Shown here: positions 8,036 through 19,177 of the stretch, piece by piece | Layout: every line of letters begins with the position of its first letter | Numbering within the stretch: the first letter of the stretch is position 1 | From: a virus | Taxonomy: Duplodnaviria; Caudoviricetes | DNA length: 61,670 bases | Reading direction: 5' to 3' (one strand) | IMG/VR virus record: IMGVR_UViG_3300042402_004691 | Span: 1 to 61,670 of that record | Notes under the pieces: model-generated | Told to the model about the DNA's origin: nothing | Database searches by the model: none | The model's input: the letters and a program-made list of their open reading frames with translations, nothing else | Translations under genes and position numbers: made by a program

Positions 8036-10075
8036 ATGGCAACTAATAATACAACAAATAACAATTTTAGGAATAAAGGAAAAGATATTAAATATCTAAA
8101 TACAGATTTTGCTGGATTTAGATCAAATTTAATAGAGTTCTCTAAAACATATTTTCCAAAAACCTATAATGATTTCAATGAAACATCTCCTGGTATGATG
8201 TTTATGGAACTATCATCTTATATTGGTGATGTACTTTCATATTATATAGATGATACATTAAAAGAGTCCTTACTTCCATTTGCTGAAGATGAGAGAAGTG
8301 TTATTGCATTAGCACAATTTTTAGGTTATAAACCAAAAGTAACATCACCCGCTTTAACAACACTTTCTATATATCAATTAGTACCTTCAGTTGGAACGGG
8401 TCAAAATAATGTACCAGATGAAAGATTTTATTTGAGAATAAAAGAAGGAATGCAAGTTGAGTCTACAAACAATGCAACTCAATTTAGAACAACGGATATT
8501 ATTGATTTTGGAGATCCATTTGAAAGAGAAACAACTGTATATAGTAGAGATGTAAATACAGGAGAACCTAATTTTTATTTAGTAAAAAAACAAATTCAAG
8601 CAATCTCATCTACAATAACTGAAAGACAATTTACATTTGGTACATATCAACCATTTAGAACTATTGATTTGCCCGAAACTGATGTTATACAAATTGTAGA
8701 TGTTAGAGATAGTAATGGTGCTAAATATTATGAAGTTCCTTATTTAGGACAAGAAATGGTTTTCATTAACGAAACTAATACTATATCAAATAGTTCAGAT
8801 CTATATCAGTTTAGAAATACCGTTCCTTACTTACTAAAAACATTAAAAACTGCTAGAAGGTTTACACTTAAAATAAATGAGAATAGAACTACTACTATTC
8901 AATTTGGAGCTGGAGACCCATCAGCAAGTGATGAACAATTAATTCCTAATCTTAAAAATGTTGGATTGGGATTGCCTAATTCAATTAGTAGATTGGAAGA
9001 GTCATTTGATCCAACAAACTTCTTAAAAACAAAAACTTATGGTACATCACCATCTAATACAACTATCAATGTAAGATATTTAGTTGGTGGTGGAGTTCAA
9101 ACTAATGTATCGCAAGGATTATTGACTAGAATAAGTGGAGTACAATTTGAGGAGGATTTATTAACATTCACTCCCAGTCAAAGAATAGTATACAATAGAG
9201 TTAAAAACTCATTAGCAGTAGATAACGAAGTTCCTGCAGTAGGTGGTAGGGGTTCGGAAACTTTGGAAGAAATCAGACAAAACGCTTTAGCTAATTTTGG
9301 TTCACAAAATAGAGCAGTGACTGCCAGAGATTATCAAGTTAGAGCGTTATCTCTTCCTTCTAAATATGGAGGTATTGCGAAAGCGTATGCAAGTGCGGAT
9401 GGTACATTGGATAACAATTCTCCATCTTCAATCCTTGCATCTCCAAACGCTCTACAACAATTTACTGATATAGTAATGGATTTTGTGGAAAGAGCGGATA
9501 ATGCTGAACCAACTGAAGGTGAAGTAAAAGAGCAGATTAAAAATTTTCTAATAGGAAAAACTGATAATGTAAATGAAACTAACAACCCATTTGCAATTAA
9601 TTTATATCTTTTGGGGTATAACCAAAATGGAAACTTAACACCTATTAATCAGGCAATAAAACAAAATCTAAAAACATACTTAAATGAATACCGAATGTTA
9701 ACTGATGGTATAAATATTTTAGATGGATTTGTTGTTAACATAGGAGTTGAGTTTGAAATAATTACATTAGAAGGATATAATAAAAGTGAAGTAGTAACTG
9801 ATTGTATAAATGAAATTAGAAATTTTTTCCAAATTGATAATTGGTCATTCAATCAAACTATCAATCTAAGTGAATTGGAATTGGTTATAGCAAATGTGGA
9901 GGGCGTATCATCGGTTCCTAAATTACATATATCAAATAAATGTAAAGGACAATATTCTATAAATTCATATAATATTGATGCGGCTACAAAAGATAAGATT
10001 ATTTATCCATCTTTAGACCCTTGTGTTTTTGAAATTAAGTTTCCGAATTCGGACATTAAAGGAAGAGCAAGATAA
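8036..10075 (+). CDS. Baseplate wedge protein, T4 gp6/baseplate J-like
   Basis: DF..R.NL, YNDFNETSPGMMFMEL.SYIGD, LGYKP, IQFGAG, GGRGSETLEEIR, QNRAVTARDY motifs. Confidence 0.9.
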   Translation: MATNNTTNNNFRNKGKDIKYLNTDFAGFRSNLIEFSKTYFPKTYNDFNETSPGMMFMELSSYIGDVLSYYIDDTLKESLLPFAEDERSVIALAQFLGYKPKVTSPALTTLSIYQLVPSVGTGQNNVPDERFYLRIKEGMQVESTNNATQFRTTDIIDFGDPFERETTVYSRDVNTGEPNFYLVKKQIQAISSTITERQFTFGTYQPFRTIDLPETDVIQIVDVRDSNGAKYYEVPYLGQEMVFINETNTISNSSDLYQFRNTVPYLLKTLKTARRFTLKINENRTTTIQFGAGDPSASDEQLIPNLKNVGLGLPNSISRLEESFDPTNFLKTKTYGTSPSNTTINVRYLVGGGVQTNVSQGLLTRISGVQFEEDLLTFTPSQRIVYNRVKNSLAVDNEVPAVGGRGSETLEEIRQNALANFGSQNRAVTARDYQVRALSLPSKYGGIAKAYASADGTLDNNSPSSILASPNALQQFTDIVMDFVERADNAEPTEGEVKEQIKNFLIGKTDNVNETNNPFAINLYLLGYNQNGNLTPINQAIKQNLKTYLNEYRMLTDGINILDGFVVNIGVEFEIITLEGYNKSEVVTDCINEIRNFFQIDNWSFNQTINLSELELVIANVEGVSSVPKLHISNKCKGQYSINSYNIDAATKDKIIYPSLDPCVFEIKFPNSDIKGRAR

Positions 10076-11151
10076 TGGCATATTATTTTATAACAGCATC
10101 AAAAGATGCGAGTATATACTTACAACAACCTGATCAAAATACAGGTTTGGATGAGATATTGGACATTAGTAAAGTTTATTTTGGAAATATAAAGGATATT
10201 TCTAGAGCATTAATTAAATTTGATTTAGATGCATTGGCACAATCAATATCTAATGGAGATGTTGTAATTGATAGTGTTAAACTTTCATTAAGAGAAACTG
10301 AGAGCCAAGAAATACCATTAAGATATACAATTCTAGCACATCCAATATCTGGAAGTTGGGAAATGGGTAATGGTACTCGATTTGATAAAATATCTACAAC
10401 TGGTGTAAACTGGAAATATAGAGAAGGTGATTCCAAAGTTGATTGGCTACCCAACGAATTAGCAAGTGGTAGTGATAGTAATCCAAACGATGGTACTGGT
10501 GGAACATGGTATACTGCATCAGCAGCATCTCAATCATTTAATTATGAAAGTTCTGACCTAAATATCGATGTTAAAAACACGGTTAATTTGTGGTTAAGTG
10601 GTAGTTTACCAAATGATGGATTTATACTTAAACATACCAATGAATATGAAAACGATACCAACGATTATGGAATACTAAAGTTTTTTGGAAAAGAAACTAA
10701 TACAATATATCAACCTAAATTAGTAATAGGTTGGGATGATCAAATCTTCAATACTGGTTCATTGCAGCCAGTGGATTTGGAAGATGGAGAAGTTGTAATT
10801 AGAGTTAAACCATTAACTAAAGAATATAAATTGAATACAACTAAAATAATTAGATTAGTTGGTAGAGAGAAGTATCCATTAAAAACTTTTACAAATGCGT
10901 TTGCAACTGATGTTGTTAAGTATTTACCATCTACAACTTATTATCAAATAAAAGATTATCAATCAAACGATGTTATTATACCTTTTAGTGAATACTCAAA
11001 AGTAAGTTGTGATAGTAAAGGGAATTACATAAAATTTGATTTTACAAATTGGCAACCAAATAGAGTTTACAAAATAGAATTTAAGGTTGAAAGCGATGGT
11101 GATACTATTCACTTTGATGATAAAATTACGTTTAAAATTGTTGAAAACTAA
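10075..11151 (+). CDS. Putative baseplate/virion structural protein
   Basis: Coupled to gp6-like gene; KDASIY, SRALIKFD, PKLVIGW beta-rich pattern. Confidence 0.7.
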   Translation: MAYYFITASKDASIYLQQPDQNTGLDEILDISKVYFGNIKDISRALIKFDLDALAQSISNGDVVIDSVKLSLRETESQEIPLRYTILAHPISGSWEMGNGTRFDKISTTGVNWKYREGDSKVDWLPNELASGSDSNPNDGTGGTWYTASAASQSFNYESSDLNIDVKNTVNLWLSGSLPNDGFILKHTNEYENDTNDYGILKFFGKETNTIYQPKLVIGWDDQIFNTGSLQPVDLEDGEVVIRVKPLTKEYKLNTTKIIRLVGREKYPLKTFTNAFATDVVKYLPSTTYYQIKDYQSNDVIIPFSEYSKVSCDSKGNYIKFDFTNWQPNRVYKIEFKVESDGDTIHFDDKITFKIVEN

Positions 11152-11156
11152 TAGTA

Positions 11157-12209
11157 ATGAGAAACAACGGATTAAGAAATGAAAGTTTTGTTGATAGGCT
11201 TAATATAAGTGGATCTACCGCCATACGAACAAAAAATGATTTCGGTGTACATATATTTTCAGGTTCAGTTTCAGATGATGGTGTAATCGGTTCAAAGTTA
11301 GTAAAACCAAAATACAATTCAGATGAGATTGAAAAATCCATAGATACTACAATAATTGAACTTATACCAGTAATTCCTCCTGAACTACCTGATACTGTAT
11401 TACGAAGTGTATATAATATAGCTTTAGCTGAGATAGCTAATTTAACCCAAGAGGTTGCAACTTTAAATGGTGTTATATTAAGTTTACAATCAAATATTAC
11501 CGAATTAGAAATTGTAACTCAATCTTTAAGAGTTGAAATTGATGGTAATGATATAACTGTTGCTACTCTTCAAAATCAATCCGAACAATTAGGACTGAGA
11601 ATTCAAAGTAGTATTACGGATTTACAAAACTCAATTCAAAGAGCAACTTCGGAAGCAATTCAAAGAGTATCACTTACCGCAAGAAACGAAGCATTAATTC
11701 AGGAAGCAAATGGATTACGATCAGAACTCGAAGCAACAAGAGAACGATTGGAAACTACCATTAAAGACCTTCAAAAAGAAGCTTCTGTTGGAGCTCAATT
11801 AGCGGATGGTGCCTTTGGTGGTGGTGATTTAACTGCAAACCCAAGTCCTATAAGTGATAGCTCTATATCGGCGATAGCATGGAGAGGAAGACCTCAAGGT
11901 GATTATAGAGATGGTAGATTTATAAACGGAAGTAGTTTAAGTATATTTAATCCAACCGATGCAGATGTTAGAGTTGAATTTACACAAAATGGAATTGATT
12001 TTCTTCAAACTATATCTGCTGTAACTGTAAGAGCTAAGGGATTTGCAAATGTTAATCTTAAAGTTGATGTAAGGAAAGTTGATAAATATAAAAAAGGAAG
12101 TGACTCTCTAAATGTAGGCGAATTATCAGTTAGTTCACCAACTACCACATTCCCTATACCTATGGAATTGCAAATACAAAGAGCAGGAAATTATAGAAGA
12201 CCTTCTTAA
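11157..12209 (+). CDS. Putative structural protein with central coiled coil
   Basis: Heptad-rich segment (about aa 85-210) in the baseplate operon. Confidence 0.7.
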   Translation: MRNNGLRNESFVDRLNISGSTAIRTKNDFGVHIFSGSVSDDGVIGSKLVKPKYNSDEIEKSIDTTIIELIPVIPPELPDTVLRSVYNIALAEIANLTQEVATLNGVILSLQSNITELEIVTQSLRVEIDGNDITVATLQNQSEQLGLRIQSSITDLQNSIQRATSEAIQRVSLTARNEALIQEANGLRSELEATRERLETTIKDLQKEASVGAQLADGAFGGGDLTANPSPISDSSISAIAWRGRPQGDYRDGRFINGSSLSIFNPTDADVRVEFTQNGIDFLQTISAVTVRAKGFANVNLKVDVRKVDKYKKGSDSLNVGELSVSSPTTTFPIPMELQIQRAGNYRRPS

Positions 12210-12224
12210 TAAAATTATTTTAAA

Positions 12225-13472
12225 ATGGCAATACAAAATATTAAAGAAATAATTAATAACAGAGGATATGTAATTAATCCGGATGATAGAAAAATCTTCG
12301 AAGAGGGAGATTTACAATCATTTTTTGGATTTAGTGAAAATGATGCGATTGAGTTTGTAATATATGATGTTAATAACAATCAATTACCACAATTAGATGG
12401 TACATCGGTTAGATATATAAAATTAACAAATGAAAATATAAATGATTATTTTTTAATACCTGAAGGAACTACATTTCAACGATATCAATTACCTAAAGAA
12501 TATTTTATTGATATCGAACGGTTGATGAGTGAAGCTGGATATACTAATGGAATTTTTAAAACTCAAGTAACATTAATTAATAAAAGAGCTGGTAGTGAAA
12601 AGCAGTATGATAAATTGTGGATACAAGAAATATCACCATCTAGAACGGAAGTTAGATTGTTTCCATTAAAAGAGGGTGTAGCGTTAAGTCCTGAATTGAA
12701 AATAAGATTTGATGCATTTATAAACGATAGAGAGTTTAGAGAAGATACTATTGCTTATTTATTTGAGTTTATTGAAAACATAAAACCAATTGAAATATCC
12801 ACATTTTTAAAATCTAAGTATTCAACATTTTGGTTAGATAATTTAGTTAATGAATTTAAAATAGCAAGTTTTGAATTGTTTGTAACTACTATATATGAAA
12901 AGTTTGTTCAATCTTGTTTATATGAGTTTACAAACAGAGTATCGGATTTGACTAATTTAAATTACGGTAAATATAAATCTACAAAACCACCAATTACTTT
13001 ATCTAAAGAGTTGGTAGTTTCCATTTGTAACAAAATTTTGGTAGAAACAATTAATTATTATTTACCAAGACAAGATAATAGAAATCAAACAAATACTATA
13101 GCAGATTTTTCACCATCAGTAGATGAAGTTGGTGAAATTTTACAAAGTAAAACAAGCGATACTGTATATAATGCGAAAACGGTTGAAATTAAATTTGCAG
13201 AAATAACATATCCAGTTATTACAGAAAAACAAGCTACATTAGCAGCCGCTATAAATAACGAAATGGATAACTCAAACACCACCGTTGCAACTGCGGATGG
13301 TGAAGCTGCATACAACCCAACTGATCCACCTACTGAAACTGGTACAACCGGTGGTGCTAGTGGTCCTACTACTACAACTGGAGATGGTGCAGCTGAAGAT
13401 ACTAAAGGACAGACTGGTCAATTTAATTATGGACTAGCTAATGGACCAAAACCAAGAGTTGGATTTCAATAA
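12225..13472 (+). CDS. Putative baseplate protein
   Basis: IQEISPSRTEVRL motif; operon context; Thr/Gly-rich C-tail. Confidence 0.65.
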   Translation: MAIQNIKEIINNRGYVINPDDRKIFEEGDLQSFFGFSENDAIEFVIYDVNNNQLPQLDGTSVRYIKLTNENINDYFLIPEGTTFQRYQLPKEYFIDIERLMSEAGYTNGIFKTQVTLINKRAGSEKQYDKLWIQEISPSRTEVRLFPLKEGVALSPELKIRFDAFINDREFREDTIAYLFEFIENIKPIEISTFLKSKYSTFWLDNLVNEFKIASFELFVTTIYEKFVQSCLYEFTNRVSDLTNLNYGKYKSTKPPITLSKELVVSICNKILVETINYYLPRQDNRNQTNTIADFSPSVDEVGEILQSKTSDTVYNAKTVEIKFAEITYPVITEKQATLAAAINNEMDNSNTTVATADGEAAYNPTDPPTETGTTGGASGPTTTTGDGAAEDTKGQTGQFNYGLANGPKPRVGFQ

Positions 13473-13491
13473 AATATTTTAATAAAAATAG

Positions 13492-16400
13492 ATGACAGAT
13501 TTACAATACATTATTAATTTAAAATCAAATGTATCTGATGCTGAGATATTATTAAATGGTGAGCCCAAAGGAACCTCTCCAAAGAGTATAACTTTAACTA
13601 CAAAGGAAGTACAGGACAACTATAGTGGGCGTGTAAATATAACATTACAAAAAACAAATTATACTCCTAGTACTAGATATGAATTGTTTCTTGATAGAAA
13701 TCCTGCCTATGATAGCTTTGTAGTACAACAAAGTCAGCAGCAAGGACGTGATTTTGATCCCACTCAAGATAACACTGAAGTTTATTCAAATATCCCTCAA
13801 TTTATTTTAAGAGTAAATAAATATGAAAATAATGTTTTAGCACAATATCAACAAGATCTTACTAATCAATTACTTGAGTTAGATTTTAACTTAACTGCTT
13901 CACAAAATAATAATGCAGGTGATGATAGTGGACAGGATGAGGAACTACAGGGATTTAAGGTAGCTGTAAATGGATTATTATCTTCTGCTAAATTTATTGT
14001 TAATAAAACTGAACAAATAGTAATTGACAAAAATGCAGCAGTATATAATTTCAAAACAGGTGATGCTATAGAAATTGTATCTTCAGATATTACTAAATTT
14101 AGAGTAACTCAAATTACGGCTAGAGGAATTGGAATAGACTCTTCTCAAAAAGTTGAAAATGACTTACAAAGTTTAAGATTTGCAGTTGCAGTTACTAGAC
14201 CATTATCAATAACAATTGATACTACCGAAGTCCCTCCAATTCAGACCGAAGTTCCTAATATAAGTTTGGTGAAGCCGGATGAAAATAGAAAATATAATAT
14301 AAATGCTAAGGGGGATTACCCAATAGGAATAAGAAAAAATGGTGTAGTAACTAGATTACGAGTTGTTGTTGGAGAACAAGTTATAACATATAGTGATATT
14401 CCTGCAGTTGAAACGGAATTTGTAATCACAATACCTGAAAAATATTTAACATCAATTGGTGCATATAATATACAAATTATTCCTGCTAATAATCAAGGTG
14501 ATGGTCCTCCTATTAATGTTCTACTAAATGTAGTTAATGAAGTATGGGTTGGTGTGCCTGATATAAAAAATATAAGATTTCCATCTAGAATAGAAGGACC
14601 TGATTATGTTGGATATGATGTAGATTTTGAAATTGGATATGAAAGTGTTAATACCGATTGGGTTAAGATAGCTCTTGCTGCTTCACTTGTGGATGGTCAA
14701 AGCCCTTCTTTTATTAAAGGACCGGCTACTGGAAAAATTACACTAAATATTAAAAAGTTATTAGAATTGCCAGGAGTTCAATTTTCTGAGAATGAAACTG
14801 AAATCGGTATAACTCTTAACTTAATTCCTTATAACGAAAGTGGTATATCTGTTGTAACAGGTAAAACGGAAACTTTACAAATCGCATTTTCTAAAAGTTC
14901 TCTTACGATACCTAGAAATATCGCCGTAAACAGAATTGCTGAAGGATTTGTATCTCAATTTGATGCTAAAATACTAGAAACCGAGTCCTCTAAATATTTA
15001 ACACATGCACTCCATTTAGGTAGTGGTAATAATAAAGTAATTACAACTTGGACAGGTAGTCAAGGTTCTCTTATTTTAAAATTATATGAACCAATACCAA
15101 CATCGGTTCAACCAAATCAACAAGTTTGGATTTCTAAATATCAATCTAATCCAGTAATAGAAACTGTAACTCTTAGTGGATTAGAAATCGAATTTTGCTC
15201 TCCATTAAAAGGACCTAATTTTTCATTAGAGCCTGATAATGGTATTGGATATAGTATATACGATGAATTGATTGCAAGTGGAAGTCAAACTTCTAATGAC
15301 TTGGTTTTAAAGTATTTAAAATCTAGAACTATTGATACTAGTAAGCTAAATATAGAATATGTATCAGGTTCTAATGAATACTTATTTGAAAATTTTGTAA
15401 ATTTCGGTTCGGCTGAAGAAAGAATACATAATTTTTTCTATAAAATAAAATTAATAGAAAATTATCAAGCAAAACTGCAATCATTAACATACGCAATTAG
15501 TGTGACTGATGGAAATCTATTAACAGAAGATTTGTATCTAATGATAACTGAATTTGGTGATTTTAGTATTGACATTGAAAAAATAACATTTTCAAATCCA
15601 TCCGAAGAGGCTGAAGCTAAAAAAATTATTCAACTAATTTATAATATACTTAAATCATTTGATGGGTTTGAAAAATATTTATTAAAAGCATCACCAAATG
15701 ACGTATTGGGATATCCTAAAGATGTGGTAGTTAGTGAATTTCCATTAACAATTACACCTGCCATCGATAGTAGCGCTCCTGTTATTTCATTTAAATTAAA
15801 ACCAACAGATGATGTAGATGTTATAAGTTGGTACGAATTTGCGATTGATACCGCATCTGAATTTGATAAATACAATCCGAATTATATAATAAATAATATA
15901 CCAGAGTTTATATATAAAGATAATGATAATGCAGATTTCCTATTATTTTTAGATATGATAGGTCAGCACTTTGATACAATTTGGGTTCATATAAATGGAT
16001 TAACTCAAATGAAAGTTGTTGATGAAGCTGGTATAAAGGGTATTCCAAAAGATTTTGTATTAAATATGCTTAAATCTTTAGGTTGGAATGGTAGAAGAGC
16101 ATTTGACTCTCAATTCCTTTGGGAATACGCATTAGGACAAAATAAAGATGGTTCACCTAAATACTCAACATCATTAGAAGATGCAAATAATCAAGTTTGG
16201 AGAAGAATACTAAATAACTTACCATACCTATTAAAGCATAAGGGAACTTCTAGAGCTATGAAAGCTATTATGGCGTGTTATGGTGTTCCACAATCTATGT
16301 TGACAATAATGGAATTTGGTGGACCGCAAGACCCAACCGCGGGAGGAGTAACAGAATTTACATTTGATGATAGAACCGCTGCATTAAGATTAGAACCTAG

Positions 16401-18480
16401 TGCATCAGTTGTAATACCTTGGAAAAATATACCATCTACTGGTCTTAAACCTCAAGGAATTGAGTTTCTGGTTAAACCAAATCAAATTAAAACATCTAAA
16501 ATATTACAAAGTGATACATTTGAAATATCTTTCGAACAAACAACAGGTTCATTTGTAAAATTTGATTTTAAGTTAATAGGTTCTGGTAGTATAGTAGGTG
16601 GATATATAGATGAACCATTTATTAGTGCATCTGTTGAAACATATTATTTTGATACTGCTAGTTTCTCACCATATGTTTTGGGTCCTTCCTTTGAAACTTC
16701 TTCTTTAGAATTTCCATTATCAACTCAATATTATAGTAATGTATTATTTAATAAAATACCGGAAATATCAGGTGGCTCTAAATATGAGTTAAGCATTAAA
16801 ACATCAAATGGTGAGCAGATAATAGCCGATGTAAAATTATCCATAGTAACATCTGCCACACCTTGGGAAAGTGGTAGTTATATTTCTATTGGAAATGATT
16901 TTGATGGAAATATAGACGAAATTCGTTTGTGGAGAATACCATTACAAGATAGTAAATTTGAAAACCATACACTATTTCCAGACGCTATAAATGGAAACTC
17001 AATTTCATCTTCAACAGAGGATTTGATGTTCCGTTTGGATTTTGAATATCCAAAAGATAGAATACTGGATCCATACATTAAAAATGTGGCGATAAATCAA
17101 TCGTATGGTGAAAGTTTTGCAACTGCAAGTAATTTTTATTCTGCAAGCAATTACCCATATCAATATTTTCCATACGAAAGAACTGTAACTGCAAAAGTTC
17201 CATCTTTGGGATTTAATGTATCTAATAAAATACGATTTGAAGATCAAGAATTAGTTACTGAGTTATCATATAAGCATCGAGCAACTAAAAAGGCATTCGA
17301 TAGAGCACCAATTGATAGTAACCGTTTAGGATTATTCTTATCTCCTATAAAGGAATTGAATATGGATATAGTTAAAGCATTTGGCGATTTTAACATTGAT
17401 AACTATATAGGTAATCCGGCCGATCAATACAAAAATGGATATAAAGAGTTGGATACTCTTAGAGAATATTACTTTGAGAGACTGAGCTTAAATGTTAGTG
17501 AGTATATTCAGTTAGTTAAATATATTAACAAATCTCTGTTTGATGTTTTAGGTGATTTGGCACCAGCTAGAGCAAAGGTATCAAAAGGTTTGTTAATTGA
17601 ACCACATTACTTGGAAAGAAGTAAAGTACAGTGGAACAAACCTGGTGCAGAAAATATAAGTTATGTTGGTAATATACATATAGAGGATGTAGAAAGTATT
17701 GAAATGGAATACAATACTTTTGAAGCTAATATAGATGAAAAAGATGATACTATTGTAGAAGGTGAATACAGAACATTTTTAGCAGAAATTAATGAAGAAG
17801 ATGAAATCGTATTAACCGCAGAGACTGCATTCTATGTGGGTGAATTTGAATACATAACAGATGATTTTATTGTGGCGGATATACCTACATACGAAGGAGA
17901 TATAACATACGAATTGAGATATGAGTTATTGGGTGAACTAGAAACTTTTGGTAAATACGAAAGTGTTGGTAATCAGGCAAACTCTATGGATAATTTAGGA
18001 TTTGGATTATACGCAGAAGATACTACCACAATTTGGAAGAGATATGATTTTAATTCAAATTATACTGAAAGCAGAGCAAATGTATATTTAGTAGAAAGTG
18101 AGCGGATTAAAAATGTACTTACTCAAGTTTCTGGTTATCCAAGAGCAGGAGCTGCTGCTGATGAGCAAGTTGAGTACGCCTTAGTTCCTACACCTTTTAA
18201 GGAATATGTGGTATCATTATTACCTTATCCAGATACTTTGGGAGCGAGTGGTAATATTACAAATGTTACACCATTAAGAGGATATTTTCCAACTCATTAC
18301 AAATACAAAAATAATTTATACGAAGGGTTACAGAGATCATTCTATAAAGGTTCTGTACAATCTTCTACAACTACACCTGATGGGTTATCAGCTGTTGAAA
18401 CCTTTACAACCAATCCTAATATACTTAGAGTTGCTAATACTGGAAGAGGTAGTGGTGAACCGATATTGATAGTAGATTAA
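13492..18480 (+). CDS. Large baseplate wedge protein (gp7/P2 gpI-like core) with PEGA-like and LamG-like domains
   Basis: N-terminal KSNVSDAEILLNG PEGA-like pattern; LPYLLKHKGT wedge motif; FDGNIDEIRLW LamG-like motif. Confidence 0.65.
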   Translation: MTDLQYIINLKSNVSDAEILLNGEPKGTSPKSITLTTKEVQDNYSGRVNITLQKTNYTPSTRYELFLDRNPAYDSFVVQQSQQQGRDFDPTQDNTEVYSNIPQFILRVNKYENNVLAQYQQDLTNQLLELDFNLTASQNNNAGDDSGQDEELQGFKVAVNGLLSSAKFIVNKTEQIVIDKNAAVYNFKTGDAIEIVSSDITKFRVTQITARGIGIDSSQKVENDLQSLRFAVAVTRPLSITIDTTEVPPIQTEVPNISLVKPDENRKYNINAKGDYPIGIRKNGVVTRLRVVVGEQVITYSDIPAVETEFVITIPEKYLTSIGAYNIQIIPANNQGDGPPINVLLNVVNEVWVGVPDIKNIRFPSRIEGPDYVGYDVDFEIGYESVNTDWVKIALAASLVDGQSPSFIKGPATGKITLNIKKLLELPGVQFSENETEIGITLNLIPYNESGISVVTGKTETLQIAFSKSSLTIPRNIAVNRIAEGFVSQFDAKILETESSKYLTHALHLGSGNNKVITTWTGSQGSLILKLYEPIPTSVQPNQQVWISKYQSNPVIETVTLSGLEIEFCSPLKGPNFSLEPDNGIGYSIYDELIASGSQTSNDLVLKYLKSRTIDTSKLNIEYVSGSNEYLFENFVNFGSAEERIHNFFYKIKLIENYQAKLQSLTYAISVTDGNLLTEDLYLMITEFGDFSIDIEKITFSNPSEEAEAKKIIQLIYNILKSFDGFEKYLLKASPNDVLGYPKDVVVSEFPLTITPAIDSSAPVISFKLKPTDDVDVISWYEFAIDTASEFDKYNPNYIINNIPEFIYKDNDNADFLLFLDMIGQHFDTIWVHINGLTQMKVVDEAGIKGIPKDFVLNMLKSLGWNGRRAFDSQFLWEYALGQNKDGSPKYSTSLEDANNQVWRRILNNLPYLLKHKGTSRAMKAIMACYGVPQSMLTIMEFGGPQDPTAGGVTEFTFDDRTAALRLEPSASVVIPWKNIPSTGLKPQGIEFLVKPNQIKTSKILQSDTFEISFEQTTGSFVKFDFKLIGSGSIVGGYIDEPFISASVETYYFDTASFSPYVLGPSFETSSLEFPLSTQYYSNVLFNKIPEISGGSKYELSIKTSNGEQIIADVKLSIVTSATPWESGSYISIGNDFDGNIDEIRLWRIPLQDSKFENHTLFPDAINGNSISSSTEDLMFRLDFEYPKDRILDPYIKNVAINQSYGESFATASNFYSASNYPYQYFPYERTVTAKVPSLGFNVSNKIRFEDQELVTELSYKHRATKKAFDRAPIDSNRLGLFLSPIKELNMDIVKAFGDFNIDNYIGNPADQYKNGYKELDTLREYYFERLSLNVSEYIQLVKYINKSLFDVLGDLAPARAKVSKGLLIEPHYLERSKVQWNKPGAENISYVGNIHIEDVESIEMEYNTFEANIDEKDDTIVEGEYRTFLAEINEEDEIVLTAETAFYVGEFEYITDDFIVADIPTYEGDITYELRYELLGELETFGKYESVGNQANSMDNLGFGLYAEDTTTIWKRYDFNSNYTESRANVYLVESERIKNVLTQVSGYPRAGAAADEQVEYALVPTPFKEYVVSLLPYPDTLGASGNITNVTPLRGYFPTHYKYKNNLYEGLQRSFYKGSVQSSTTTPDGLSAVETFTTNPNILRVANTGRGSGEPILIVD

Positions 18481-18538
18481 CAACTGAACGAAAAATAAAA
18501 AATAACATATTTATACTATATAAAAGAAACAAAAAATT

Positions 18539-19165
18539 ATGGCATATTTAGATAATACCGCTGGAATTACCGTAGATGCAATCCTTACAAAAAAAGGTAG
18601 ACAAAAATTAGCATCTGGACAGGCATTAAACATTACAAAATTCGCATTAGGTGATGATGAAGTGGATTACACTTTATTCGAACCTGCCCACCCAAAGGGT
18701 TCTGCTTTTTATGACTCTGCTATTAGAGCTCTTCCTGTGACGGAAGCATCTCCTGATGAGACTTTGATATTGAGATATAAAATAGTTACTCTACCAAAAG
18801 GAACTACACAAATTCCGTTGGTTAGATTAGGTATTTCTTCTATTGCAGTAACTCAGCAAGAAGGTGGAGTTGGGTTAACACCTACTACATCTCCATCTGG
18901 AAATACTGCTGCTGGATACACTGTAATATTGGCAGACCAAAGTGCAGGAACATTAACTGTGACTAGAGGAGCTACTGCATCTGGTACTACACCTGTATTC
19001 TTAGGAGAGGAAGTTTCTGCAACCGCACAGGTAGTTAGTGGTTTAGAATTCCGTTTTACACCAAATCCTAATTTAACAGGTGATGTGATTACTACTATTA
19101 CTGTTTATGGTAATGAGACTGGTGGTTCACAAACTATTCCTGTAATTATAACATACAAAGCATAA
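18539..19165 (+). CDS. Baseplate/tail-fibre attachment protein
   Basis: ILTKKGRQKLA...ITKFALGD resembles the N-terminus of P2 gpH/DUF3751 tail-collar proteins. Confidence 0.55.
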   Translation: MAYLDNTAGITVDAILTKKGRQKLASGQALNITKFALGDDEVDYTLFEPAHPKGSAFYDSAIRALPVTEASPDETLILRYKIVTLPKGTTQIPLVRLGISSIAVTQQEGGVGLTPTTSPSGNTAAGYTVILADQSAGTLTVTRGATASGTTPVFLGEEVSATAQVVSGLEFRFTPNPNLTGDVITTITVYGNETGGSQTIPVIITYKA

Positions 19166-19177
19166 AAAACATAAAAA